A DNA stretch of 64,000 nt from a phage. This document shows, in pieces, positions 9,594 through 18,859 of the stretch; position 1 is the stretch's first letter; the number at the start of each line of letters is the position of its first letter. The notes beneath the pieces were generated by a model. The model was given only the letters and a program-made list of their open reading frames with translations, made no database searches and was not told the DNA's origin. The DNA is taken from NCBI GenBank assembly GCA_037574385.1, contig GCA_037574385.1_4529.1; one strand, written 5' to 3'. A program made the position numbers and the translations under genes.

Positions 9594-9661
9594 GATGTTA
9601 TCCTCTTTTAGATAGGACTACTGTATCATAGTCCTACTTAGTTGTAAACACTTTTATGAAA

Positions 9662-10282
9662 TTAAAGTTGAAGATACCACCCGTTGTAGTTGCTCTTGCG
9701 GACGATTTTCTTTAGGTCTTCATGGTCTCCCACGAACTTTATAGAATAAGAGAAGACGTCAGGTGAGGTTTCTTTGACATTCAATATAATAATACAGTCT
9801 GCAACTCGATGATTCAGGAATGGCCCTATGTTGATTCCGTTGCCACCCGGATAATCACCACTGTATCCTGTGGTAACAGAAATCCATTTAGAATCCATCT
9901 GATGTGTCTTGACTTCTACACGAATTCCACAATATTTAGGATGGGCTAACACGTCCCATGCATATGTGTACGGGTCTTCTACGTCTTCATTACCTTTATT
10001 AACATATCCGTCTAGCCAATTTGCTACTACATACTCTGCAAAGACTGCAACCTTACAACGTCGAACTACATCTTCTTTGTTTTGGTCTGGATTTTGGCTC
10101 AATGAATATCGAGCAGTGTCAGCAATCTTCACCTTCATTTCACTAGTCAAAAACTCATTCGACAGGATAAATGTCGGAAGATTCTTCAGTCTCAATAGTC
10201 CCAAGTTCGTCTTTACCATAGATACCTCTGATGTGTAGTTCGCCAAAATAAATGCGGTCTCCTTCTTCAAGATAGTTAGCAT
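9662..10282 (-). CDS. denB: endonuclease IV (DenB)-like protein; true start probably an internal Met giving ~185 aa
   Basis: Position between ndd region and rIIB as in T4; internal Met (MVKTNLGLLRLKN...) gives the T4 DenB length. Identity asserted from synteny and size, not verified. Confidence 0.55.
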   Translation of the reverse strand: MLTILKKETAFILANYTSEVSMVKTNLGLLRLKNLPTFILSNEFLTSEMKVKIADTARYSLSQNPDQNKEDVVRRCKVAVFAEYVVANWLDGYVNKGNEDVEDPYTYAWDVLAHPKYCGIRVEVKTHQMDSKWISVTTGYSGDYPGGNGINIGPFLNHRVADCIIILNVKETSPDVFSYSIKFVGDHEDLKKIVRKSNYNGWYLQL

Positions 10283-10493
10283 CTACCGGCGGGATTTCAA
10301 TAACAACTTCGTCGCATTCTAACCAGCCGTAGTGTGCATCACCAGGATGTTTTACCAATTTAGCACAATAAACTGATTTACACTTATGATGACCACGAAG
10401 ATTAGCAATTTTGGATTCTGATACGTCAAATGGATGAATCATAATTACCCCTAAAGAAAAAGGGGACCGAAGTCCCCAATTATTATTCTGCAA
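10155..10493 (-). CDS. hypothetical protein downstream of rIIB (start probably internal Met near 10442)
   Basis: ORF between rIIB and denB; track start overlaps rIIB; Cys/His-containing small protein. Confidence 0.4.
   Translation of the reverse strand: MQNNNWGLRSPFSLGVIMIHPFDVSESKIANLRGHHKCKSVYCAKLVKHPGDAHYGWLECDEVVIEIPPVDANYLEEGDRIYFGELHIRGIYGKDELGTIETEESSDIYPVE
10462..10477 (-). terminator. UUCG-tetraloop hairpin / terminator after rIIB
   Basis: Minus-strand RNA GGGGAC-UUCG-GUCCCC followed by UUUUUCUUU. Confidence 0.55.
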
Positions 10494-11418
10494 ACAATTC
10501 AGTAACGTCTGAAATTACTTCATAACGACAAGTACGCATCTTAGCATCACCATAGTCAACTGGGATGGATACAACATCACGTGGATGAACTTTAACCTTA
10601 ACAACTTTATCTGAGCTTGAACCAAAGTGGCGAATATAAGATTTAGCACAAACGTGGAGACCACGAGAACAGGTTTGAGTATCATCGTCGTTAACTCGAG
10701 TACGAGGCATTGAAACAACTTTACCTGGGGAGTTATCAAATGTACCACTATAGCAGTCTAAATAGTCCTTACGAACTACTTTCCACGCGTAGAAATGCCC
10801 ATCTTCAGTGATTTCAATATCATTTGCAACCAAGAAGTCGAATAAACGTTGTACAGCTTTTTCGCTCGGGTTTTCTAACAGGTTTTCAAGGAACGGCAGA
10901 TAGAATTTAAAGTCTTCGCCTTTTTCCATGGAATCAATAATACGATTAACCAGACCTGAACGAATTTCTATACCTTGATAAAATAAACTACCACCTTCAA
11001 TAGTAACATTACCGTCAACAAACTTAGTAATAGCTTTCTTGACGTTAATAAGTTCAACAGCTTTACTAAGGTTTCCTGCGACCAGATTAGCTTTAATTTC
11101 TTCAAAATTTGCATGACTTGATGGGGTCGCATTGTATGCTACGCGTCCTTCAATGATTGAAATAAATTTAGATGACGCGTTCCATACGATTTCTGGACGA
11201 TGTCCGCCGATAATAGGTTCATCATTTTCTGGGATCTGTTCTTCGTCTTCAAATTCAGCTGCTTTCTCTTCAGCTTTAAAATTCTTAACAATCTTACGAA
11301 GAGTATCTGTTGAAATGTCGAAGTAATCGGCAATTTCTTTACGAGTCCATTTGCCCGATTCAACCAGGCCGTAAGCTTCTAACTGTTCTTCTTGGGACAA
11401 GCATTTAATATTGTACAT
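10483..11418 (-). CDS. rIIB: rIIB protein
   Basis: 311 aa; N-terminal MYNIKCLSQEEQLEAYGLVESGKWTRKEIADYF... and overall length match T4 rIIB; directly downstream of rIIA. Confidence 0.9.
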   Translation of the reverse strand: MYNIKCLSQEEQLEAYGLVESGKWTRKEIADYFDISTDTLRKIVKNFKAEEKAAEFEDEEQIPENDEPIIGGHRPEIVWNASSKFISIIEGRVAYNATPSSHANFEEIKANLVAGNLSKAVELINVKKAITKFVDGNVTIEGGSLFYQGIEIRSGLVNRIIDSMEKGEDFKFYLPFLENLLENPSEKAVQRLFDFLVANDIEITEDGHFYAWKVVRKDYLDCYSGTFDNSPGKVVSMPRTRVNDDDTQTCSRGLHVCAKSYIRHFGSSSDKVVKVKVHPRDVVSIPVDYGDAKMRTCRYEVISDVTELFAE

Positions 11419-11427
11419 AATGTTTCC

Positions 11428-13641
11428 TTATTTGGCCGCTTCCACGGCCTTCATGAATTTAACGATTTGAGCGACTTGTTCTTTAGAAAGAGTACCACGT
11501 CGTCCCATGTATTCTGACACAATATGATAATTGGTTTCGAATTCAATAACCATTTTATCATCATTATCGTAAGCATTATCTTTAAGCTTATCGAAAATTT
11601 TAGCACACAATTCTAACTTTTTATTCAGTTCTCTGTTAGTAGCACCTGAGAATCGATTCCATCCCCAACGATTATTTACCGTTGAGAGTTTTGCAAAATC
11701 TTTACTGATTTCTTTGTTTTTAGAGCTAAAATACTTACTAAGGAAGTTAAGCTCTTCGTTACGAGTAATATGATTCAAATAAGGCTGTGCTCTACGACTT
11801 GGTGATACATACTCATCATAATCCACTTTATCAATTAGCGTAATATAGTCATTAATTGATTTTTCGAACAAGCATTCTACTTCGCCAAGTTTACGAACTT
11901 TCTTAGCAATCTGTGGACGAACTACAGTGAACTCTTTAATACCTGACAAATCAGCAATACGGGTCAAGAAATTGGAGTCATAGTTCAACCAACCTTTATC
12001 TGCGTCAAGACATTCAGCATTAGAACGATTACGAACTATAGCATAACCTTGGATTTCATCTGCTTCACTTGCTGGAATAAAGAGGTCTTCTGATACCCAA
12101 ACATCGTTTTCATTCTTAAAGAATCGATGAGCACTTGGCGATTTAGGACGAGGCTCATTAGTCCGTTTCCTGACTTCAATCCATGGCTTAACGATTTGTA
12201 AAAGCTCTGAAGTCTTGTACATGTTAATGTTGTCGCCGTCAAAGATAACTTTAAGGCGTTCCAGAAGTTTCATTGCATCTTCGTCTGTAGGGTCAACGAA
12301 TAGTACGCTTTTACCAAAACCGCGTGGAACTTTACCGGTTAATTTAACCTCGTCTTTAGACATTTCAATTGAATTAAGAGCTCGCATTAATGGAACGCGT
12401 CCCTTAACGTCGTCAATAACAATTTCAACGTTTTTAATGTTAATGCCAATCAGGCTGTTAATTGAAATAGTTGATGATGAGCTACCACTTTCACGAATAC
12501 GACGAAGACGAGGGGATTCAACGATATCGTATACGACGCCAAGATTACACCACTCAGGCCCCATTTTAAAACGTTTATACAACTCAGAATAAGTTAGTTG
12601 TTCTTTAGAGTATTTCAGTGATTCAATATTAGACCCAGCCTTTTCCATGTATTTACGAGCGGTATAGCCAAGAGAATCAATTTCACGGAACACATGACGT
12701 GGGTATTTACAATCAATCCATTTCTTAGAATCTTCAGCGAACAATTTAGCATCGATTTCTGCAACGCGTTTATGGATATTTGCTACTGTACGTTTATCAA
12801 ACGACAATGCTTCACGAGACGGAGCTACATCTAGTTCACCCATAGGGAATTTAATATAAGCTGTAGTGCATCGTGTCATCATCCATGTTTGTTCTTTAAT
12901 AACACTTCCGATTGGATAAACAATACCACCATAAACAGCCATGATATTACCACGTTCACCCCGTGGAGCTTCCTTGGCCAAATATACATCGTCAAATTCT
13001 GGGAAGTATTTAATATCTTTAACACCACGAACTTCTGCTATATCACCTAAAGGACGCATAACATATGCAATTTCAGATGCGAACTTTTCAAAATCTTCTG
13101 GGTTAACCGGTACGACTACTTCTACACCCGTACGGTCATCAGGACCCATCTTATCTACAAAGGTTGGCTTAATTTGAGGACCCGTGTCATCTTGGTAGAT
13201 TACGTAACCACGAACTTCACCGTTGTGATAAGACGTAAGGTTAAACGTATCGGTATATGCTAGCGGAGCTTTAGAGCCGAGCCCGAATCCACCAATGAAA
13301 TCGTTGCTCGATGTTTTAGTTGAAGCAAAATATGAGTTATAGATTCCTGGCTCTTCGTCATTACCTCGAATAGTGAAATCACTCATACCAGGACCAAAGT
13401 CTCGAACTACAAAACGTGGGTCTAAACGACCTGGAGCCTGAACAATAAACTTATCAGTGCAACCGTTAAGAATTTGTCCATCAATACAGTTTGTGATTAA
13501 TTCACGTACACAAGCCAATTCTTTGTTTGTATAAAGGTCATTAGACAAAATCTTATAAACTTTGCTATTGCCTTGAATAGTGAATGCTGTACTCTTACCG
13601 CCTGAACCAATAATCGTTTCTTTAGCCGTTTCAATAATCAT
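11428..13641 (-). CDS. rIIA: rIIA protein
   Basis: 737 aa, N-terminal GHKL-ATPase-like region; size and position match T4 rIIA. Confidence 0.95.
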   Translation of the reverse strand: MIIETAKETIIGSGGKSTAFTIQGNSKVYKILSNDLYTNKELACVRELITNCIDGQILNGCTDKFIVQAPGRLDPRFVVRDFGPGMSDFTIRGNDEEPGIYNSYFASTKTSSNDFIGGFGLGSKAPLAYTDTFNLTSYHNGEVRGYVIYQDDTGPQIKPTFVDKMGPDDRTGVEVVVPVNPEDFEKFASEIAYVMRPLGDIAEVRGVKDIKYFPEFDDVYLAKEAPRGERGNIMAVYGGIVYPIGSVIKEQTWMMTRCTTAYIKFPMGELDVAPSREALSFDKRTVANIHKRVAEIDAKLFAEDSKKWIDCKYPRHVFREIDSLGYTARKYMEKAGSNIESLKYSKEQLTYSELYKRFKMGPEWCNLGVVYDIVESPRLRRIRESGSSSSTISINSLIGINIKNVEIVIDDVKGRVPLMRALNSIEMSKDEVKLTGKVPRGFGKSVLFVDPTDEDAMKLLERLKVIFDGDNINMYKTSELLQIVKPWIEVRKRTNEPRPKSPSAHRFFKNENDVWVSEDLFIPASEADEIQGYAIVRNRSNAECLDADKGWLNYDSNFLTRIADLSGIKEFTVVRPQIAKKVRKLGEVECLFEKSINDYITLIDKVDYDEYVSPSRRAQPYLNHITRNEELNFLSKYFSSKNKEISKDFAKLSTVNNRWGWNRFSGATNRELNKKLELCAKIFDKLKDNAYDNDDKMVIEFETNYHIVSEYMGRRGTLSKEQVAQIVKFMKAVEAAK

Positions 13642-13653
13642 ATTTTTCTCTCA

Positions 13654-13854
13654 TCACAAGTTACGTTTAAAAATTTCTGCTACTTCAAGAAGTTCTTCTT
13701 TAGTAGCTGTATCGGTTTGTATTTTATATCGAATTTCTTTAAAGCGTTCTTTAAAGGACTCTGCTGACTCGATATCAAAAAATCTTTGGATAAGCCGGAA
13801 TTCCCGGAGCACTGCTTTATCAAAAAGTTCCAAGTCCACGTTATATGTTCTCAT
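13654..13854 (-). CDS. rIIA.1-like small protein (66 aa)
   Basis: Short ORF immediately upstream of rIIA as in T4. Confidence 0.6.
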   Translation of the reverse strand: MRTYNVDLELFDKAVLREFRLIQRFFDIESAESFKERFKEIRYKIQTDTATKEELLEVAEIFKRNL

Positions 13855-13879
13855 AATATTCTCTTCAGTAGATTCCTAG

Positions 13880-13930
13880 GGCACTATTACTAAAGACCAT
13901 ATAATCTATCATCTTATGTGTAATAGTGCC
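13880..13930 (-). promoter_or_regulatory. 11-bp stem-loop with -10-like element in the loop, between glycosyltransferase gene and rIIA.1
   Basis: GGCACTATTAC ... GTAATAGTGCC perfect inverted repeat; loop contains GATTATAT. Confidence 0.45.
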
Positions 13931-13946
13931 TCAGGCGATTCAGGAT

Positions 13947-15047
13947 TTACGCTGTGAAGATTTTATCCCACATTGCAACAACTGCATCTCGGTTATACTT
14001 CTTCCATACTGCTTCAGCACGTTTAACTCGAGCTTCGTATGTGTCAGTGAATTCTAATACAGCTTTTGTGTAAAGCGCAACTACTTCTTTCTTAGGAGTA
14101 GAGGAATCAATTTCTACACGCACAGTATCTGGGTCATATTCGAATGTCGCATGCGGATAATCCTTAAAAACTAACTGAATTACAGGGACACCTTTAGAAA
14201 TGGCTTCAATAGAACTATTCTCTACCGTACCTGTGTCAGGACACGTATTAATAAGTGCTTTAGCTGTTTTAAGACGTTCCATAATTTCACTGTGTGGAGC
14301 ATCAATAATAACAGGATACTTAGCCGGTGGTGCCCATTTACTAGGACAGTATCCTGCGCCATTTTCGCCTAGTGCTTTAATCGCTTCAAGAGCAACATCA
14401 GTACGACGCATTTTAGTGTCATAACGTTGTGCACTAATAATCAGATCAGTCGCCGGAAGAACTTCAGGTTTCTCATTCAAACAAATAACCGGATAATCTT
14501 CGGCTTCAAACAACGGATTTGCTCGCCAATAATCATAATCAATTTTGTCAGTCAGACCTGAAGTCATATAACAATATTTGCGTTCAAATTCACGGAAGGC
14601 TTTAGTAGGAGCATAACTCTTACCACCGTTCTTATGAATTTGAATAGTCTGGTCCCAAATTTGAACAATGCCACGAGATACCGGCTCAAACGGTGTTGCC
14701 ATAAAATTCTTATGAACTTTAGAGAGACCTGCGTCTTTAATTGCCTGAACGGTTAGTTTAGTCGGTTCCATTGTAACAACGAAATCGTACTCATTAATGC
14801 CGGCTAGTTCAACAATCTTACGAGCCATAGTATAACTCATACCTAGACTGAATTTAGTCAGATGACCAACAGGATGATGATTAACCTTCCAATCACCAAA
14901 CGTGTCATTATCAAAGCCGATATAATCAATATCAGCACCGATGGACACAAGATATTTCAACACATTTAAATGTACTGCTTCAAGACCACCTTGTACACGT
15001 TCTGGGTTAAACGGGACTGCGCGAGATGGGATAAACATAACTTTCAT
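13947..15047 (-). CDS. GT-B fold glycosyltransferase (candidate DNA sugar transferase)
   Basis: 366 aa; N-terminal Rossmann segment and C-terminal ENSSIEAISKGVPVIQ resembling the GT4 E-x7-E donor-binding motif; occupies the rIIA-39 gap. Confidence 0.55.
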   Translation of the reverse strand: MKVMFIPSRAVPFNPERVQGGLEAVHLNVLKYLVSIGADIDYIGFDNDTFGDWKVNHHPVGHLTKFSLGMSYTMARKIVELAGINEYDFVVTMEPTKLTVQAIKDAGLSKVHKNFMATPFEPVSRGIVQIWDQTIQIHKNGGKSYAPTKAFREFERKYCYMTSGLTDKIDYDYWRANPLFEAEDYPVICLNEKPEVLPATDLIISAQRYDTKMRRTDVALEAIKALGENGAGYCPSKWAPPAKYPVIIDAPHSEIMERLKTAKALINTCPDTGTVENSSIEAISKGVPVIQLVFKDYPHATFEYDPDTVRVEIDSSTPKKEVVALYTKAVLEFTDTYEARVKRAEAVWKKYNRDAVVAMWDKIFTA

Positions 15048-15073
15048 AATTAAGCCTTATTAAAATTAAAATG

Positions 15074-15091
15074 AAGCTCCCGAAGGAGCTT
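15074..15091 (-). terminator. UUCG-tetraloop hairpin / terminator after gene 39
   Basis: Minus-strand RNA AAGCUCC-UUCG-GGAGCUU followed by U-rich tract. Confidence 0.5.
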
Positions 15092-16907
15092 AGGACATCC
15101 ATTCTTTACGAAGTTCTGAATCATCACCCAACAACATTTCAAAGAGTTCTTTCCAATTTTCAGGAAGTTTAACTACGTCGTACACAGGGTTTTGAATCAT
15201 TTCACGATATTCTGACTTTTCAAGGGAGCCCAATCCCTTGATGTATCGAATACTATGCTTAGGCAGTGTATCTTTAGCTTCTTCATACTCAGCTACAGTA
15301 TAAAACCATTTTTGAGTTTTGCCGATTTGTGCAATAATTACAGGTGTTTTAACAAAGCGAATACGTCCTTGTTCAAACAATTCAGGCCAATTACTAAAGA
15401 AAGCAAGCAAAGCCGGATAGATACTTCCAAGACCGTCATGATCGGCATCGGTCATAATTGCAATATTACGATAGTTCGTATTCTCTGCCTTTTCACCAAG
15501 AATAAGACCTGTGATAGCACAGATATCAAAGAGCTCTTTGTTCTTCATCATATCGGCATATGACATACCCCAGCTATTCATCACCTTACCACGTAATGGG
15601 AATCCGCCGTGTAGTTCACGGTCACGAACATCAATGAGATATCCAATTGCCGAATCACCTTCTGTTAAAAACAATGTCGTATCTGCATCTTTACCGCATT
15701 GGTTAGCTTTAATATGCTTATGAACCTTAGCTTTAGTTGCCTTTTTAGCTGCTTTAGTTTCTGCAGCCTTTTCTGCTGCCAATTTACGAGCTAATGCTGC
15801 TTCAACAATAGGCATAATCAAGGCTTCGTTTTTAAGAAGTGCCTGAGCAATTTTCTTAGCATCTAATTGGATATGATTACGAATATCACCATACGTTGAC
15901 GTTAAACGTTCTTTAGTCTGAGAATCAAAACGCATGTTGCTCATGTCTCTAATAAACATCAACATTGTGAGACATTCTTTAACACGAGCTTTAGTGACTT
16001 CAATACCCTTATATTTCTTTTTAATACCCGGCAAAAGATGTTCGCAAATATCATCCATTACACATTCAACATGATGACCACCATTTTTAGTATGGATGTT
16101 ATTCACATAAGTTAAATGACGGAAGCCATCCGGTGATGTTGTGAATGCTATAGAGACTTTATCATTTTCTTGAATGATGTTATCTTCACCAAATTGTTTA
16201 GCAAATCGTTTAAAATTGCCATCAACCTTTTTACCATTAAATGTGAACTTGATATCAGGATAAACGACTGCCAATGTTTGAAGTCGGTCTAAAGTAATAT
16301 CTAAATAAATTTGAGATAAATTATGCTCTTCAAATGAAGTGAAATCAGGAGTGAAGATTACTTTAGTGCCTTTACCTTTAGATTTCTTAGAAGACCATGA
16401 TTTGTTTTCCATTCCGTTTGAACAGTTAACAGTGATTTCATTTTCGCCATCTGACGTGATGCCTGTAAACAACGTAGAGAAGATATTAGTTAAACTACTC
16501 CCGACGCCGTTCATACCACCTGTCTTGCGTTCAGAGTCGTCACCAAAGTTACCACCGGCCTTTGGAATAGTCCAGGCTGCTACAGGCCCAGGAATTTGTT
16601 CACCCGTTTGGTCGGTAACTAAACCTTGAGGAATACCACGTCCGTTATCTTCCACTGAAACTTGATTATTTTTAATTTGCACATCAATTTTATTTGCAAA
16701 CTTAAATGATGTACGAATAGCTTCATCAACCGAGTTGTCAATAATCTCATCGATTAATTTAACCAGACCAGGAACATATTCAACTTGTTGATATTTACCA
16801 AACAAAAAACGCTCATGTGCTTCTTTAGCTGAAGAACCAATATACATACCACTACGTTTCTTAATATGTTCTACATCTGACAGTACCTTAATTTCATTTT
16901 TAATCAT
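15090..16907 (-). CDS. 39: DNA topoisomerase II large subunit (GyrB-like), gp39 and gp60 as one uninterrupted ORF
   Basis: 605 aa: GHKL ATPase N-domain plus Toprim region; length equals T4 gp39 + gp60. Confidence 0.95.
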   Translation of the reverse strand: MIKNEIKVLSDVEHIKKRSGMYIGSSAKEAHERFLFGKYQQVEYVPGLVKLIDEIIDNSVDEAIRTSFKFANKIDVQIKNNQVSVEDNGRGIPQGLVTDQTGEQIPGPVAAWTIPKAGGNFGDDSERKTGGMNGVGSSLTNIFSTLFTGITSDGENEITVNCSNGMENKSWSSKKSKGKGTKVIFTPDFTSFEEHNLSQIYLDITLDRLQTLAVVYPDIKFTFNGKKVDGNFKRFAKQFGEDNIIQENDKVSIAFTTSPDGFRHLTYVNNIHTKNGGHHVECVMDDICEHLLPGIKKKYKGIEVTKARVKECLTMLMFIRDMSNMRFDSQTKERLTSTYGDIRNHIQLDAKKIAQALLKNEALIMPIVEAALARKLAAEKAAETKAAKKATKAKVHKHIKANQCGKDADTTLFLTEGDSAIGYLIDVRDRELHGGFPLRGKVMNSWGMSYADMMKNKELFDICAITGLILGEKAENTNYRNIAIMTDADHDGLGSIYPALLAFFSNWPELFEQGRIRFVKTPVIIAQIGKTQKWFYTVAEYEEAKDTLPKHSIRYIKGLGSLEKSEYREMIQNPVYDVVKLPENWKELFEMLLGDDSELRKEWMS

Positions 16908-16956
16908 GTTGTCTCCTCGTTATGAAGGTATTCTATCATCCGAAATCTAAAGCAAA

Positions 16957-16972
16957 AAGGGCCGAAGCCCTT
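16957..16972 (-). terminator. UUCG-tetraloop hairpin at 3' end of upstream gene
   Basis: Minus-strand RNA AAGGGC-UUCG-GCCCUU then U-rich. Confidence 0.45.
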
Positions 16973-17396
16973 ATTTAAATTTAATTTTCTGAAGTGCATC
17001 AATTGCAGCCAAACGCCCTTGTTCACTTTTAACTGTAATGACCACATCGCCTGATACGATCACCGAACCATCAACAAATTCTATAGAGTCTTTTTTGAAA
17101 TCGACAGCTGTATCTGGTTCCGGAACTTCTTCAAAGAATTTAAATTCTGCACCATAAATCAGAATATCACCTTGCATACTATGAATAGTTCGGCCATAAT
17201 CGCCTACGGCTTCTACAGCAATCATTGAAACACCGTAACCAATCATCTCTTCCACAATAAAATCTTTAGACAATAAAGTAGTATGCAGATTAGTATTAAG
17301 ACGTTTACCAGTCGTATTAAGAATTCTCAAGAAATTATCTTCCTGTCCTTTGATAATACGGTATTTCTTGCCAATTTCAAAACCTTTAAAAGCCAT
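16971..17396 (-). CDS. hypothetical early protein (141 aa)
   Basis: ORF in operon orientation. Confidence 0.55.
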   Translation of the reverse strand: MAFKGFEIGKKYRIIKGQEDNFLRILNTTGKRLNTNLHTTLLSKDFIVEEMIGYGVSMIAVEAVGDYGRTIHSMQGDILIYGAEFKFFEEVPEPDTAVDFKKDSIEFVDGSVIVSGDVVITVKSEQGRLAAIDALQKIKFK

Positions 17397-17398
17397 AA

Positions 17399-17578
17399 TT
17401 ATCCCTTCTTAAGTAAGTCGTAAAAACCACCGTTCACATGTTTAGGAGCAGAAACCCGACGAGTAGACAGACGATGACATTCAGGGCAAACATCGTTTTC
17501 TCGTTCAGAAATCCTTTTAATTTTTTCATATTCATGACCACAATCTTCAGATTGACATTTATAGTCGTATAACGGCAT
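17399..17578 (-). CDS. FmdB-like zinc-ribbon protein (59 aa, below ORF-track threshold)
   Basis: Hand translation MPLYDYKCQSEDCGHEYEKIKRISERENDVCPECHRLSTRRVSAPKHVNGGFYDLLKKG; MP.Y.Y.C..CGH.FE...CP.C pattern typical of FmdB zinc ribbons; stop abuts next gene start. Confidence 0.5.
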   Translation of the reverse strand: MPLYDYKCQSEDCGHEYEKIKRISERENDVCPECHRLSTRRVSAPKHVNGGFYDLLKKG

Positions 17579-17580
17579 TA

Positions 17581-18009
17581 TTATTCCTTAAAATGTGTTT
17601 TCAACATTTGATACAAAGACCATGCCTGGTCGTTATTTTCGATAGTAATCGTCATCACCGGAAATTCGGTCAATTCATCAAGTTCTTCAGAGTCTTGCTC
17701 TTCAGACGCTTGATATGGATTTCCAACTTCATCAAAAAACTCTGCTTCACTAGTAGAGAGCCAGATAAAGTTTTCATCAAGAATATCACCACCAGTTGCG
17801 TATCCAACCATGCCAGTAGATGTCACAATTTTAGTAGGTCGACCAAGATGGTCAACATCTAATACTTTAAATGGTTCCATGCCAAGACGTCGTGCATAAA
17901 TCCCATTATCAGTGTGGTTTTTAATAAACTCTTCTTGGACACGTTTATCTTTAAATTGGTACCATGAGTTAACGCGGAATTTATTAGCCATTAGTAAGTT
18001 TCCTTCCAA
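17581..18009 (-). CDS. hypothetical early protein (142 aa)
   Basis: ORF in operon orientation. Confidence 0.5.
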   Translation of the reverse strand: MEGNLLMANKFRVNSWYQFKDKRVQEEFIKNHTDNGIYARRLGMEPFKVLDVDHLGRPTKIVTSTGMVGYATGGDILDENFIWLSTSEAEFFDEVGNPYQASEEQDSEELDELTEFPVMTITIENNDQAWSLYQMLKTHFKE

Positions 18010-18263
18010 TAAGTTGTACCATTTTCAGTGATTTCACGGAAGATACCATAGATAGGCATTTCATCACCGAGTTTTTCGTAAACGTAAACCACTTCAGTGT
18101 AGCATAAAAATTCAGTCCAGTTTTTCTGTACAACAACTAAATCAGGATTAAACAGAACATCTTCAAACTCATCGATGTTTGAATCAGTAGTTACGTTTTT
18201 AATGATTTGACGTTTCATAATATTCTCCTCTTGTTTTGATAGGTCTATAGTATCATAGACCAT
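17991..18263 (-). CDS. hypothetical early protein (90 aa)
   Basis: ORF in operon orientation. Confidence 0.5.
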   Translation of the reverse strand: MVYDTIDLSKQEENIMKRQIIKNVTTDSNIDEFEDVLFNPDLVVVQKNWTEFLCYTEVVYVYEKLGDEMPIYGIFREITENGTTYWKETY

Positions 18264-18275
18264 AGTTGTTGTACA

Positions 18276-18800
18276 TCATTTTAGCAAAATAAAATCAACT
18301 TGTTCTGCCAATGAACGTCTGAACATTAATTGACAACTTCCGAGGATGAAATCAGGTGCTTCATAGACCGCGATGTAGTATCCTTTAGCTTTCAAGAGTT
18401 CAACATCTACCTGGTCATCAAACCATGCATAAACCGCGTCAACACTTTCAAATCCAAAATAGAACCCTTGAGCCCAATCTTCACTCAATTCAAATGTGTG
18501 CTCAATTCTATAGTATCTTAAGATATTTTGTTCAAGGAGTTTATCTTCATTTACTGTAGGACGATTAGGGACATTATAGTTGTCGCCGTGATGGTAGAAA
18601 TTACCTGAGAGTATTCCATGTTTATCAAGGAACTCCCATGTTTCTTCAGAGTTGTCGGTGCCCGACCAACCGTAAGGTGAGCGAGGTTCTTTATTCCAAG
18701 AGGTTTCCCAAATTCTGACGGCTTTACCGTCTTCGATGGCAATTCCTGGTAATGATTCACGTTGAGTACAAAAACTACGTTCTACGCGGTAAACTAACAT
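18276..18800 (-). CDS. hypothetical early protein (174 aa)
   Basis: ORF preceded by RBS-sequestering hairpin/promoter element. Confidence 0.55.
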   Translation of the reverse strand: MLVYRVERSFCTQRESLPGIAIEDGKAVRIWETSWNKEPRSPYGWSGTDNSEETWEFLDKHGILSGNFYHHGDNYNVPNRPTVNEDKLLEQNILRYYRIEHTFELSEDWAQGFYFGFESVDAVYAWFDDQVDVELLKAKGYYIAVYEAPDFILGSCQLMFRRSLAEQVDFILLK

Positions 18801-18806
18801 ATTATT

Positions 18807-18847
18807 CTCCTCTGGTTGATACGGTTATAATATCAAAACCAGAGGAG
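18807..18847 (-). promoter_or_regulatory. 11-bp stem-loop with -10-like element in loop and Shine-Dalgarno in 3' arm
   Basis: CTCCTCTGGTT ... AACCAGAGGAG perfect inverted repeat; minus-strand 3' arm CAACCAGAGGAG is followed by AATAATATG. Confidence 0.5.
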
Positions 18848-18859
18848 AAGTAAACAACT

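Noticed and set aside
10515-13177. Track ORFs inside rIIB/rIIA (10515-10748, 11132-11363, 12036-12592, 12941-13177)
   Set aside because: Embedded in or antisense to rIIB and rIIA, which are confidently identified.
15090-16907. Looked for a separate gene 60 with the 50-nt translational bypass
   Set aside because: The GyrB-like ORF is continuous through the Toprim region; no gap, hairpin or frame discontinuity.
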